Counted from the whole stretch's first letter, positions 50,165 through 63,202 are shown. The stretch: DNA of 63,998 nt, filler included, from Piptocephalis cylindrospora (GCA_003614145.1; 6 parts of 6 records of this genome joined end to end with filler, not necessarily neighbours in it), one strand, 5' to 3'. Numbers and translations are program-made. The notes: generated from the letters alone by a model not told the origin.

Positions 50165-51627
50165 TATGAGGGAATGTGAGAGTATTGGAAGGGAAGGGAG
50201 GAGAAGTGAGAGACGAGAAGGAAGGAGAGGAATAGAGGAGGCGGGACATGTGAACGGGATGGGACAGAGAAAAGAGTGTGGGTTTTATACTTGTCAGGGG
50301 AGTCATGGACAAGCCCAAGAGAGGGAAGCAGCAGATGATGTAACATGGCGTATTCCCCTCATGCACACAACACCTTGATGACCAGGAGCAGCAGGCTCGT
50401 CCACTGAGAGTGAATGCACGTGCCTTGTGGCAGGGTGCTACTCGCCAAGGGGCCGAGAGACAGTCCTACCTTGGCTGTGCCCAACAACGACTGTGGGGAA
50501 ATATGGTGGTGTTTAGTATGGTGATCTTGGATTTAGTAGTCTCGGTCAGATAAGTGACACAGGCCGGATGGTGGAGTGCCTTCGCTGCGATGATCAAGCG
50601 AGGGTTAGGGGGCCTAGAGTATAGTACGACACGAATGAGACGCGATGATAAGGCAGTATGATATACTGAGTTATTTCTTATAAAAAGTATTTTCTCATCT
50701 ATTACGGGAGAGAGAGGAGTAAGAACAAGAGGAATATTGAGGCAGGTTATGTGTTTGGATATCTTTAGCGCCTATCCCACTAGGGAAAATAAAATGAGTT
50801 CAACAACAACAAAATAAAATGGTGTCAACAACAACAAGAGAAATATGGGTCATGACGTGTTGTTCGGTATTACGTGGATGGAAGGTAGCCTGAATATCTA
50901 GAAATAGAAAGAAAATTAGGGAAAAGGGTGTGGCCAAGCAAGAAAGTTCACGGCCTATGGATGGCAAGGACAATTCTACACTGGAGACAGGGATGGGCGG
51001 TCTCTCGGAAGGGTCTAGCCACCAGGGCCATCCCAAAGAAAGACAAATAGATAAAGCAACAGAGAAAGGATGAATGTCTGACCACCAAGCCAGTCCTTTG
51101 CTCGACGATGGACTTGATGATGAGATCATAGAAGGACCATTTGATGTTGATGGGCGTGTAGGATATTCGCGGTTTCTTGGGTTGGAGATCCTAGCGATCG
51201 CATTGAGATTTCGTGGGGCAAGCTCAAGAATGTGCCAGTAGATGGTGCAGGTCCTCTTCAGTCTCCTCACACCGGGCGTATCCCCACTCCTGTGACCTCC
51301 GGTAGATGTCCCTGTACCATGGTATTACGACGTGTTTCATGTCATGTAGCCCCGCCTACAATACCGCTTTGGCTATTTAGACAGAGATGGAGCTATTATT
51401 ACTATTGTTATTGCGATACCAGCACTCTTCTCATTCGAGGGACAATGGGGCCCAAGCTCCCCCTTCCCCTTCTCCCCTCTCTCTTTCCTTTGCATGATAC
51501 AATAAAAAGGAGACCACACTAGAGACGACGATAACACTAGAATGACTACCCACCACAAAAAAGTAGAACACATGCCCTTGTGAGTAGAAAGAAGGAAAGG
51601 GCCGTTTATCCGAGGTAAAAAGAGCCG

Positions 51628-52122
51628 TTAAGCTTTACGGATAGCCAGGACTCTCATGCAATGAGGGCATTGATGAACGTCGTCCCTGAAGGGCCCGGCC
51701 ACTAGGGGGACCCAGAAGCATGGCCAGCAGATGAGGCAACAGAGGCAAGCAAAGCAACCGGCCATGGCGCCGACTTCCTTTTTGACTTGAGTGGTGACGG
51801 TCACCTTACAGTGAGGACAGGGCATGGGGATGGGGATGCGGTCGTGGATCACGGGGACCGGGTCTGGCTGTCCAGGGGCGGTTCCCTGCTGGTTGTGAGC
51901 TCGTTGCGGGCTATTCTGGTCCTGGGGGGAGTAAGTTGGGGGAGCAGCTTCACCAATGGGAGCCGTAGGAGGAGACATGGGGGAAGCGGCGCTGTCGCTG
52001 GGATGTCCTTCGGTGTGAGGCACCGGAAAAGATACAGCAGGAGCAGCGTTACTGTTCTCTACCTCAGAGGTCTGGGCAGGGATGCCGGATTGGGAAGCTG
52101 TGAATTTTTCCGTTTGACTCAT
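51628..52122 (-). CDS. LITAF-domain protein, tandem paralog
   Basis: Start MSQTEK; PPTY; CPHC...CWPCFWVP...HQCPHC. Confidence 0.92.
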   Translation of the reverse strand: MSQTEKFTASQSGIPAQTSEVENSNAAPAVSFPVPHTEGHPSDSAASPMSPPTAPIGEAAPPTYSPQDQNSPQRAHNQQGTAPGQPDPVPVIHDRIPIPMPCPHCKVTVTTQVKKEVGAMAGCFACLCCLICWPCFWVPLVAGPFRDDVHQCPHCMRVLAIRKA

Positions 52123-53235
52123 AGTTATGGGAGAGTTTGAAGGACAAGTGAGAAAGAGACAAAAGAGTAAGTTTAAGATAAAGAGAACATGGAATGAGGA
52201 CACTTTAGAATAGGGCTGAAGTTTTTATACGTTTAGAGGGCGGGATCTCATGCTATGAGGGACAAGGATGGGCTGGTATGGTGTGTCCACGTGCAAACTG
52301 CTTGTAGAGGCTATATTGGTTGGTTGGGAGGAGATAAGGCTATGAGAGTTGGAAAGTATGGAGGACGGCCAACGCCCAGGAGATCTTGAAGATCAAGGGA
52401 ATCAGAAAGGACCTGGGGATTTTTTATTCTACCAATTGGTTGGCTAGTAATATGTAATGCGAGCGAGGAGCGGAGCTGGAATTATGGGCATGTGTGAGGG
52501 CCAGGAATCGAGACATGTCTTGGTGGGCGAGACGAGGTGTGTAGGTTTCAAGAGCGGTGAATGAAGTGAGATGTTGTGAGGGCATGACTGGATGCCAGAA
52601 CCCTTATTCGTTTAGTGCTAGTAGCGCTAATAATATTAGGTTAATGAATGAAAGATATAGAACGGGCAAGAGGAGTAAGGAGTGTTTCGTGGAAGGATTC
52701 CACAGAATCCTGGTCCGCCCTACCCACCGTGTCACGTTCACATTGTGTGTAAAAATGGCCGACTAATTTTCTTATGGGGAAAGATGACAAGATATGCGCG
52801 CTCCTTCCTCTGGACAGGAGTTGCATGCAGAAGATAGTGATCCAGGATCTTAGCCCCTATCTCCTGGGATTACACGTGGATAGGACCTTGGTGCCCTGGT
52901 GCTCATCCACCCGGTCGGTCTTCAAGCATGTGAAACGTGTGTATGTGCTTCCATGAGAGATCTGGAGCACCTGGTCTTCCACAGATCATTTCTACGGAAG
53001 GCAGGATATTTCAAGTACTCATTTACTGTCCACGTCAGCCTGACTCGATCGGTCACATTGGATGTATCGTCTTTCTCCTGAGCTATTTTGGGATTTGTCT
53101 GATCTATAGCAACAGGCCTCCTTGGTTCCCTCAACGGTAACATCTCTCCCAAGGCAGGTGTCTATAGACAAGGGCGGAGGCTTGTCGGAGATGGCCTGTA
53201 CAAAGCTGGTCCCCGCTATCCATCCCCAAGTCAGT

Positions 53236-53263
53236 GGTGTGTGTGTGTGTGTGTGTGTGTGTG
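53236..53263. repeat. (GT)n microsatellite
   Basis: About 13-14 GT units. Confidence 0.85.
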
Positions 53264-54447
53264 TTGTATGAGCAGAGGCCTCAAGTGAGAGGATGGCGGG
53301 ATGAGCCTGGGCAGATAGTGATTAGCCCTTCTCTCTCATCTTACCCATCTTACTGGTTATCGGTTACGGGTGAACCTGGACAACCTTCGTTCTTTCTCCG
53401 TGCATCCGCTCTCCCTTCTCCGATATCCTTCCTCCTTTCTCCAATGTCCTTCCATTCACCCGCCTTCCTCATGGTGATTTGCTCCCCCCTACCCACTTGG
53501 GAAGCTCTTGCTGTTCTTCTCATTCAGACTGGTGTATCTGGGCTTCCTTTGAATACTCAATCCCTCTCCTCTGATGTCCCCAGAGATCCATGGATGGGAC
53601 AATACGCAGCCTAGTGTATATGACGGTATGTAAACTGTGTGCGCGTCCTAGAGAAGCAATACACACTGTCCTAGTGTTACGACGAAAAGGGAAAGCAGGC
53701 ATGATTTTGCCAAGAAAAAAAGCCTCTTTCGTCCCGATTTGCCCCACACATACACATACACGCCTGCGGAAACAGACAGCCTGTTCCTCTGATGCAGTGT
53801 GAGAGCGCCTCCTCCTGCCACTGCTTCCCCTCCCCCCAAACAAGCACATTACTCACTTAAGCCCACCCGGCTCATATCTGTTGTTTTTAGTCTCTGTATG
53901 GGGAGTGAGACCTCCATCTTTCAGTGTGTGCTTACCCATACACATGCACACACTCTCTCACCCTCTCTCCTCCCTACTGTCACACCACTATTGCCTTTCA
54001 TCAGCAACTTTACCCTGCCTAACCGCACTGCTGATTCCCCCAAAGGCCAAGAGATATCTGAGGCTTTTGAGGACTTTCCTTTAAGCAGCAACCCTGCCTC
54101 CCCTTTCCGTCTCCTCTCTCCTTCGCCCTTACCCTCTCATCATTCTATATTCTTCTCACCTTTTCCCTGCTCTCACTCTGCAGAAAAGAGCACCCTCCCC
54201 CTCCCCCATTCCCTCACCTCACTCAAACAGGGCCTTTCACAGCCTCCTCCCACCTCGATCCTGTCGGTCACCTTTGGCTTTGAGTATTCCCTGCTCTATC
54301 CCATCCTCTCGCGCTTGGCATCCTTTCTCATCCTTATCCTACCTCTTTTTTTCTCATTTCGGACTCAACTGTCCACACCCTTTTCATTCTTATCCCCCCC
54401 CCTATTCCATCCCCCCACCACCAACCCACCACCCACCACCATCCACA

Positions 54448-54525
<78 letters not shown>

Positions 54526-55192
54526 AAAAAAAAAAAAAAAAAAANNNNNNNNNNNNNNNNNNNNNNNNNNNNNNNNNNNNNNNNNNNNTTAATTAATTAA
54601 NNNNNNNNNNNNNNNNNNNNNNNNNNNNNNNNNNNNNNNNNNNNGGGGCGGGTGAGCTGCCCCGTATCAGGCATGAGCAGAATGGACCTTAAGTTTAGTA
54701 CAGAAGAGGAGCGCGTCTTATCCCTGAAGAGCAAGGCAGGGAGACAAGGCGGCAACTCCGCGCACATGACTGTCCCTGTCAAAACAGATAAATTTCAGTG
54801 TTTTCGTGCACATTTGAGCATCTTATTATTGCAGCGTTCCTATTCATAAAGTGGGAGGATAAATATTTCAAATTCACATACACAAATTGAACAAAGGCCA
54901 CACAGTATGGAATGAGGAGATGAAAACGACCAGCCCCACTCACACTTTTCTTTTTCCTGTCTCCAAAGCCACAGTTCCCCACCAAGCACGAGAGGATATA
55001 GTGGTGAATGTTTGTGGAGGATGCATTAAAATAGTACCATCAAAAAAAAAAAGTAATCAAGCCTCGTCTCAGTCAGCCATATCACGATTTGACTCCACAC
55101 AGTCTCCATCCTACAAAATCAAACCCGATCTCCAACCCATCCTCCTTTACCTCCCATCTCATCCCACCCCCATCCCATCCTCTCCTCTCCAC

Positions 55193-56185
55193 ATGGCCAC
55201 CGTCTACAAGTCAGCCCAGTCTGGCTCAAAGAAGCAAGAAGATGAGGACAAGCGACCAGTCGTGCGGAATAAGCAGCGTGTCTTGATCCTGTGTACTCGT
55301 GGTATTACTCATCGGCAAAGACACTTGATGAATGATATTGAGGCCCTGCTCCCCCATTCCAAGAAGGATACCAAGTTGGATACCAAGAGTGGTTTCGACG
55401 TCGTCAATGAGGTGGCTGAGCTCAATAATTGCAATAACAGTCTGCTCTTCGAGTCCCGTAAGGGCCAGGACCTCTACCTCTGGGCCGCCAAGACCCCCAA
55501 TGGACCAACCGTTAAATTCCTCGTCCAGAATATCCACACCATGGATGAGCTCAAGATGACTGGTAACTGTCTCAAGGGCTCTCGCCCCATCCTTTCTTTT
55601 GACGCCCACTTTGGCCATGCTCCCCATCTTCGTCTTCTCCGGGAGATGTTCACCCAGATCTTTGGCGTCCCCAAAGGCGCTCGCAAGTCCAAGCCCTTTA
55701 TCGATCGCGTCTGCTCCTTTACCCTGACTGATGGACGTGTCTGGATTCGCAACTTTCAGGTATGACCCAGACGGGAGAGAAGGAAACCCCATGTTGGATC
55801 ATCACTCACCCTACACCTTACTCTACATAGATTGTCGAAAAGGATCCCACTGATCCAAACCCTCATGAACCCTCCATGGTCGAGGTGGGCCCCCGATTTG
55901 TTCTCCAACCCATTCGCATCTTTGCCGGTAGCTTCCGAGGCTCTGTTCTATGGGAGAACCCTGATTACATTGCGCCCAACCAGGTTAGTAGGAGAGGTGT
56001 TTTTCTCTGCCTGTGCATCCACGACTGCTTACACACTTCTCCCCTTTCATCAGATCCGTGCTGCAGCCTTGGCTGGAAAGGCCTCCAAGTACGTCAAGAA
56101 GAAGACGGCTAATCTGGAACATGCCAAGAAGCTCGAATCTCTCGATCTTCCTGAGGATCCCGTTGCCGATGTCTTTAATCAGTAA
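55193..56185 (+). CDS. BRX1: Ribosome biogenesis protein Brx1 (3 exons)
   Basis: NKQRVLILCTRGITHRQRHLMND, NIHTMDELKMTGNCLKGSRP, EVGPRFVL. Confidence 0.97.
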
Positions 56186-56889
56186 TTAGTAAGAGTCATC
56201 TGGGATAGAGGAGAAAGATGGGCTGTTGAAGCAAGAGAGAATACACGTTTGCATGTGTTTGGATCCTCACTTGGACTCGTCATTTTGACTGGCTAGTTCA
56301 AGGAAAGAAAGTAATATGGATCAAGGCCCTTGTTCTTCTATTCAGACACGAAGGAAGGAAGAATGAGTGAGCTCTCTATTGCTATCCTTATATGCTCATT
56401 CATGACCATCAATAACCTAGCCTCAATACAAAGCAAAGAATGGCTTTTCTGCCCCACGCCTCCCTGAGGTGGGACAAAGTGTGCCCATACATAGCAGCAT
56501 TTGGAGCTCCGCATGAAAAAAGACCCTGTATACCTGCCCTAGCATATACCCCCTAACAACATTTGCTCCACCCCGCTCGTCCCATCCATGCAACCCATAT
56601 AAAGACTGAAATTCATGGTACTTTACCAAGACCACCTACCCCATCCTCCCTCACTTTTATTCTCCCATCCCCTATCCCCTTGACCTCCCTAACGCTTACT
56701 GTGCTAACGAGTACCGACATCCTTTCGAATATCCATCCTGACTTCCGCTTGTGCCACCTTACTTCTCCTACCTACCATCACGCCCCTGGGTGATTCTCTC
56801 CCTCTCTCTCTTTCTCTTCCTCTCTTTCCAACACAATCGCCATTACTCGGCCTCATTAACGACTCTCAAACATTCGTCCCCCCCCCCCC

Positions 56890-57507
56890 ATGCGTCTTCT
56901 CTCTCTTCCCATCATCCTTACCCTGCTTGCCCTTCCTTCAACGCCAGTCCAGGCTGCTCCCATGCCAGCTTGGTCCGTTGGGAAGATCGCTACTGTTGGC
57001 TCTGCTGTGGCTATGGGCACAGGCATAGGTATCTTTGGCTACCATTCCTACAGGGATCTCAAGAAGAATGAGAAGGTCCGTAAGGACATCGAAGCCCTCC
57101 AGAAAGAAAAGAATGCCGTTGCCGAAGCCAACGCGCTAGCTTCCTTCTCTCCCAAGAAGAAGCCTTCTCCTACTCAAACATCCACAGAAACGACGATAGA
57201 GCCCACCTCTACCCAGAATTCTACAGAGACAACGAAGGATCCCCACCCTTCATCATCAGCAGATCCATCATCAGCAGATTCATCATCAGCACCATCGGCT
57301 GTTCCTTCGTCTATACCATCGACAAGTCCCTCTTCTACACCACAGCAAGATCGGAAGAATGATACAAAGGATCTTTTAAATTCCTCAAGCGCTAATACTG
57401 CTCCTAAAGGAAGAGAGGAAGAGAAGGGGCAAACACCATACTCCTCCACCCCCGAAGATCAGCCCTCTGTAGAGCCCACCCCATCTTCCAAGGTCTCCAA
57501 GGTCTGA
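56890..57507 (+). CDS. Secreted/membrane-anchored protein with Ser/Thr/Pro-rich tail
   Basis: Signal peptide, then AP-MP, Gly-rich hydrophobic segment, basic coiled coil and S/T-rich disordered tail. Confidence 0.8.
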   Translation: MRLLSLPIILTLLALPSTPVQAAPMPAWSVGKIATVGSAVAMGTGIGIFGYHSYRDLKKNEKVRKDIEALQKEKNAVAEANALASFSPKKKPSPTQTSTETTIEPTSTQNSTETTKDPHPSSSADPSSADSSSAPSAVPSSIPSTSPSSTPQQDRKNDTKDLLNSSSANTAPKGREEEKGQTPYSSTPEDQPSVEPTPSSKVSKV

Positions 57508-58271
57508 TTCCGTCTTAATATCATCCTCCTCTCTTTTTATGCTCTTGATCATTTGAATGAATATATCTTTCTTCTCTTGGACCATCCTTTAACGTATCTT
57601 ATATGCCCTTCATCTGTCCCAACAACAATAATGCGCCTTGGGTAGCAGCATTTCAGGGTCCAGCAGAGCCATGTTCAATGTCCGCCCCTATCTCCGTCAT
57701 ACTCAGTCAACTCCGACACGGGTCTTGTCCTTAACTTTTATGCCTTGCCTGCTACCTCATACTTGTCTTTTCATCCTTTCCTCTTCCTGCTTCCTGCTTC
57801 CTGCTTCCCTCATCACCGCACTTTCCCTATCACTTCGCCTTCCCTATCACCCATCTTCCTGACGCCTCCGACTCTGTTTCCCCCTCTCCCCTTCCTCCTC
57901 CCCTCCCCCACTTTCTTTCTCTGACGCCATCAAGCAGATTCTCCCTCTTCTTCCCTCTGCACCACACTCATCCTCTATCTGCCTCTCCTACCGCGCTATT
58001 GGGACCATCTCCTACACCAATTTTCCCCATTGATCGCTTGGTAGTCGATACGCCCCGCCTCTTCATCCCTCAACCACTCACACTTGCTTCCTCATCCCCC
58101 CTCCGTGAACGATCTCCTCTATTGCTCCCTCCTTTCTATCACTGCGACCCTCAAAAAGAGACCAGTGGCCCAGTTCCCTTTCACGTACGCGAGTTCCTCC
58201 CAAGCCCTTCTCCCTCCTCCACAAACCGTCCCTTAGACCTTGTTGTCGACCCCACTTCCCTATCTCTCACT

Positions 58272-59210
58272 ATGAAACTCATCATCCCTTCCTCCAGTCG
58301 ACCTGTGCGCCTCCCCCTCCTCCCTCTTCTTTTTTTGATCCTTCCAATCCACACCATGCTCGCAGTTCCCGTCCCCCAGCCTGAGCCTAACCCCAGCCCC
58401 AAGCCGTTCTCGACGGGAAAGGGCCTGCTCGCCACAGGTATTATTGGCATTGCTGGTTACGGTATTCATCACTGGAACAACTCTCGAAAGACCAAGGAGG
58501 AGCAAGATGCTGAAAAGGCCAAGATGCTGGGAGAATCCTTCAAATCCAAGCCGAAGGAGCCTGCTCCCGCTCCCGCCCCAGAGCCTGCTCCTGCTCCCGC
58601 CCCTGATTCTGCTGCTGCTCCCGACCCTGCTGCTGCCCAAGGTGCGGCTCAAACTGCTGCTCCCTGGATGAATGATCCCACATTCCTAGCATACCAACAA
58701 CAGATGCTAGCTGCCATGCAACAGCAAAAAGATCAGCAGCCACAACCTGATCAGACTCAGCAGCAGGCTCAGCCGGCTGAACAGCCTGGCCAAGCACAAC
58801 AATCACATCAGGCTCAGCAGCAACCAGGCCAAATGGACCCGGCCACCATGGCCCTTCTCCAAGCATCTGTGCCAGGTGCCCCTCAGATGAGTCCGCAAAG
58901 CCAACTCGAGGCGTATGCCCGGGCCATGTGGTTTCAGCAGCAGATGATGGTGCAACAGCAACAGGCTGCTCAGCAAGGGCAAGGGGAACAGGCAACGCCA
59001 GAGCAACTGAAGCAGTTAATGGATCAACAAACCCAACAACAGTATCTTCAGCAGTACCTTGCTGCTCAACAGCAGGGCCAGGGTCAAGCCCAGGACGGTA
59101 CCTCCCAAGAGCAAGCTCAAGCCGCCATGATGGCTCAGATGATGGCCATGTATCAGCAGCAGCAACAGCAGCAACAACAAGCTCAGCCGCAAGATCATGT
59201 CCAGAAGTAG
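58272..59210 (+). CDS. Secreted/membrane-anchored protein with Gln-rich tail
   Basis: Start MKLIIP; signal peptide, (X-Pro)7, Gly-rich hydrophobic segment, PA repeats, Q/M/A-rich tail. Confidence 0.8.
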   Translation: MKLIIPSSSRPVRLPLLPLLFLILPIHTMLAVPVPQPEPNPSPKPFSTGKGLLATGIIGIAGYGIHHWNNSRKTKEEQDAEKAKMLGESFKSKPKEPAPAPAPEPAPAPAPDSAAAPDPAAAQGAAQTAAPWMNDPTFLAYQQQMLAAMQQQKDQQPQPDQTQQQAQPAEQPGQAQQSHQAQQQPGQMDPATMALLQASVPGAPQMSPQSQLEAYARAMWFQQQMMVQQQQAAQQGQGEQATPEQLKQLMDQQTQQQYLQQYLAAQQQGQGQAQDGTSQEQAQAAMMAQMMAMYQQQQQQQQQAQPQDHVQK

Positions 59211-59552
59211 CAGTAAGCATCAGGCCTCGTAACCAAGGAAAGCCTGACGAATGAGAGGGCGATTGAGATGGGCAGGGTGCGATGTATTTTCATAAAGAAA
59301 CGGCTCGTGTCGATAGGACTAAATGACATGAGGCATGAGGATGATTGAGATACCCTGCACACGCACCTAATGCATCCACTTTTCTTTCCTTTTCGCACCT
59401 CCTTTTCTCTTTGATCGAGCAAGAAAGTGTAACAATTAAAAAAAAGGAAAGTATATGTCGTTCATATCACCTTAGTCCCTCCATCCCATTTCTCAACAAC
59501 CCCAGTAGTAGAGCTAGTAATGCAAGCCCGGATTCATGGAATACTTCGTTTC

Positions 59553-60293
59553 TTAAGCATCTATCTCGCGAAATCTCTCGCCAAGATCCTTCCTCAGAGG
59601 AGGAATGCTAATGGAGAGAGGGTGGGGACGGCGACGATGACTCAGAGGCTTGGATGAGTCATTAGACCCGGCTAGTTTGCTCTCCGCCCTTTTTCTGCTC
59701 TTGGCTAGCGCCTCTGACATCTTTTCCTTGCCGAGGCAGGATAGGGTTATGCTCTCCGTGCAGCTAAGGTACCCTTTTTCGTTACTCTTTTTAAGTAAAG
59801 GAAAAAATTCAGGATGTGTGCTCTTCTGCGCTTTTTCGTTCATCCTATCCATGTACCCAGGGGAGCGGTAAAGGGGGGAGTAATCTTTACTTTTAAACGG
59901 TTTCTTAGATAAATATCTATCAAAGTATCCCTTATCTATGCTAGCAGGCCTCACTATATGTATGATATGAATTAGTGAGTATGAGAGAAATTAGAGGTGG
60001 TTTCGCGAACGGTGTATCCACGCCTGTCGCCTCATATCTGACGAAGGAGCATACAAGTAACCCAACTTACAGTCAGGGGGGGAGGAGAGAAGAGGGGATG
60101 GAGTGGCCATTTTCCCCTTCCGTGGCAAGGTTATTGAAGATAGGCCATCGTCTTCTTCGTCCATCCACGAGCTATCATCCACATCGAACATATAGGCCCG
60201 GCGAGCAAGTGAATGATCCGACGGAATGGGAGTAGTTAGAACCAGAGAGGCCATGGACAGAGTCAGGGCAAGGAGCGTGATAGTGATATGCAT
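59553..60293 (-). CDS. Small secreted protein, 2 exons (60293-60071, 59953-59553)
   Basis: Signal peptide MHITITLLALTLSMASLVLT and Kex2-like LARR. A GTAAGT..TAG intron joins the two ORFs in frame. Confidence 0.75.
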
Positions 60294-61321
60294 GATGGGT
60301 TGATGGGTAGGCCAAGCGAGGAGTATTGTGTATGGCTTTAAAAGGCAATTGAAAACGTAACAGAGATCGTATCCAGGGAGTAATGTGTGGAGGATGGGTT
60401 TAAGGGTTTAGAGGATGGAACGAAGCAGACAACTGGTACTTTGGGGTATTTATAGAGAAAAAATATTATCCAAGCACTAGCTCTTTTTCCCAAGCAAAAA
60501 TAAACAGTATGATTCACCATCATCCACGAACAAAATTAACCCTTTTTCCATGGTCCCGTAAAGCAAGGCCAATGGCGCCTAGTGGCTCTCAGAGTGTCTG
60601 GATGAAAGGAAGATAGATGTATCGGGAAGCAGTCCAAGTGAAGCAGAGATTCGCTAACATCTCCGCCCTTTCGATGGGACAAATCGTGTTGCTTGGCCAG
60701 AGATGTCGTGCTACTGTATACTCATCCTAGATAAACCCTCCTGGTTGGGTTGAGGATGGACAAGTTGTCCTGGTGGTTGATGAAGTCACATCACACTATA
60801 TCAGTAGCCGTTTACACATGCTTTTGTCCCAGCAAAGTAATAAAATCATTCCGAGCCCCTCGCTGCGAGCCCTGGATATGCATCCTCCCTAGTGATCCCC
60901 ATTTCACCTCCTATTCCTCAGGTTATGCTTACACCGATAAGGCGGAGTTTTCTCCGGGGACATTCTCAGTAAAAGAACTGAATGACTCTCGGCTTTAGTA
61001 CCGCCTTCCCGTCTAATTGGGAATAGACTATAGCTCTTCTGAGTCATATTACATCCGTCCCAAAAAGCATGGACCCATCTCTTGAATCAACCATTAAGGT
61101 AAAGGAGAAGCGGATTCTAAAACAACAGCGCCACCCAATGGGCGTTGGTTCCATCCAGATCGGAGATGACATGCCACCGAGCCCCTGCTCTTCCAAGCAC
61201 TGTGCATTGATGGGACACGTCAATCCATCAAGGAATGGATTTGAATGCATCTTGGTCTCTCCAATTCTCTCCTCGCTCCGCTTCTCTCCCTCTCTTTTTC
61301 GCCATCCACCCGACCTTCCTC

Positions 61322-63202
61322 ATGACCCTGACCCCTCAAGGTGGTAAGCGCTCCCCTTCGGCATACCTGCCCCTATCCACCCTATCGCCTCGAGAGACAT
61401 GGTCTCTATCTGAAAATGAAGAGGAAGAAAGAGAGGAGGAGGAGGAAGAAGAGCCTATTATAAGCAACAAAATCTTGATCTACCAGTACACCGCCTTGAT
61501 ATGTGCATGCCTTATTGGCACCGGATCCCATTTTGCTAACCATACCATTGGACCATTAAAACCTTATTTGAAAGAGGTAAGTCTGACCCCCTATCCTCTC
61601 TCTTTTCTTTTGACCCAGCTGACCGCCCTCTACCAATTTTTCTAGGAACTAGGCCTGGATAACACACATTTTGGCACGCTTCAAGCCTCCCTGTCTCTCC
61701 TCTCAACCTTGACCCCCCTAGTGGGAGGATGGATGGCTGACCAGGTGGGAATTGGTCCATCTGCCGTTCTTTCCTCCTTCCTTGTCCTTCTCGGTCAGAC
61801 ATGTGTAGCCATTGGAGTGGAGGCCCGCTCCTTCGTCATTGTCCTTCTTGGCTATTGCATTCAAAGGTACAGTGGTAGCCTTTCCCGTTGTATATTGATC
61901 CCAGTTCCGCCTCACCCTTCTGGGGAGAGCATAGCGTAGGGTCGGGAGGGGTCATCCCCGTCTTGGAGTCCATGCTAAGTCGAACCTATGATCATCATCA
62001 TCTCTCTACCACCCTTGGATTCTACCTTTCCTTTGGCAAACTGGTCTGTTTATGTATGAGGATCACCTCTACGAACAAAGCTCATATTTTCCAGCTATCA
62101 CGGATAGGTTAGCTTCATGGCTGCGGGTCTAGCCTTGCCCCTCCGTCGATTGACTGGAGGATGGACTGGCGCAGTATTTTGGCTCTCTACCCTCCTCTGT
62201 CTCCTTTCTTTCCTAGTCGCCTGTTACTATACCGGAAGAGCTAAGCATTCCCCCAAGTTGCCCACCACTCCGCCCTCAGCTTCACCTCTCTCCCCTATAG
62301 AGCCTTGCTCAATTTCCCCCACGGGTCGATCGACATCCTCCCCTGGAGAAGCATCGTTGGAAACTGAAGATGAGGATGAGATGCTAGAGCAAGGGGAGCC
62401 CTCACTTCCCCTTACATCCATTCTTACCGTACCAGTTATCTGGTACCTGGTCATTACCTACCTTCTTGGAGCCTGCTGGACTCCATTCCTCCATCTATCT
62501 ACGTAAGCTCTGTCTCCTGTCCATACCTCCGCACTACGTCAAACTCGCCCCTCATACTCCTTCCCTCATAGAACCATCTTTACTGAGGTTCAGGGTGTAC
62601 CGGAGGAAACCGCCGCTTGGCTATCCTCCTCCATCCTTGCCTTGCCCATCCTGGGGAACCCGGTACTGGGGTATGGGATGAAGCAATTCCCATGGCTCCG
62701 TCCTCGGCGTATCATTGCCCTAGGGGCCCTCCTCACAGTCTTGACTTTCCCCCCCCTCTTCTTGAAGCCTTCAGCAACCTTGGGTCCGGTTGTGGCCATC
62801 CTATCGGCCCTATGTATGGCGCTGGCCCTGTCCTGCACACCCCTGGCCCTGGTGGCCGTAGCCTCCACCCTTAGAACCCATCGGGTAGGTCTTCTCTTGG
62901 GCCTTCATCGGGTCGTCGATATGTCTGGGAGTGTGGGGATGAGTGTGGGGGCGGGCCTCCTCCAAGACGCCCAAGGAGGTCGGTACCGTCCGGTCCTGGA
63001 GACTTGGACCATTCTCGGGTTCCTTGGGCTAGCCGCCGCCCTCTCCTTCCCCGTCCCGCTAATTTCGTGGGACGGACCTGGAAGAGGGGTGAGGGTGGGA
63101 GGGATCCTCTTCATTGCCACTTCTGTCCTACTTGCTTGGACCCTCTTCCTCTACGGCTCTTTCTTGCATTCTTCCCTAGGTCATGGGGATCCTCATAGAT
63201 AG
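61322..63202 (+). CDS. MFS transporter (MFSD1-like), multi-exon
   Basis: GSHFANHTIGPLKPYLKEELGL..FGTLQ, PLVGGWMADQVG (MFS motif A), multiple TM segments. Confidence 0.85.

Noticed and set aside
51232..51522. ORF with RIPTPVT..CPC resembling a third LITAF
   Set aside because: Opposite strand to the LITAF pair, and lacks CxxC/HxCxxC and the hydrophobic segment.
54448..54544. Long poly-A tract and poly-Lys ORF, possible retro-insertion tail
   Set aside because: At a contig end, with no element body or target-site duplication visible.
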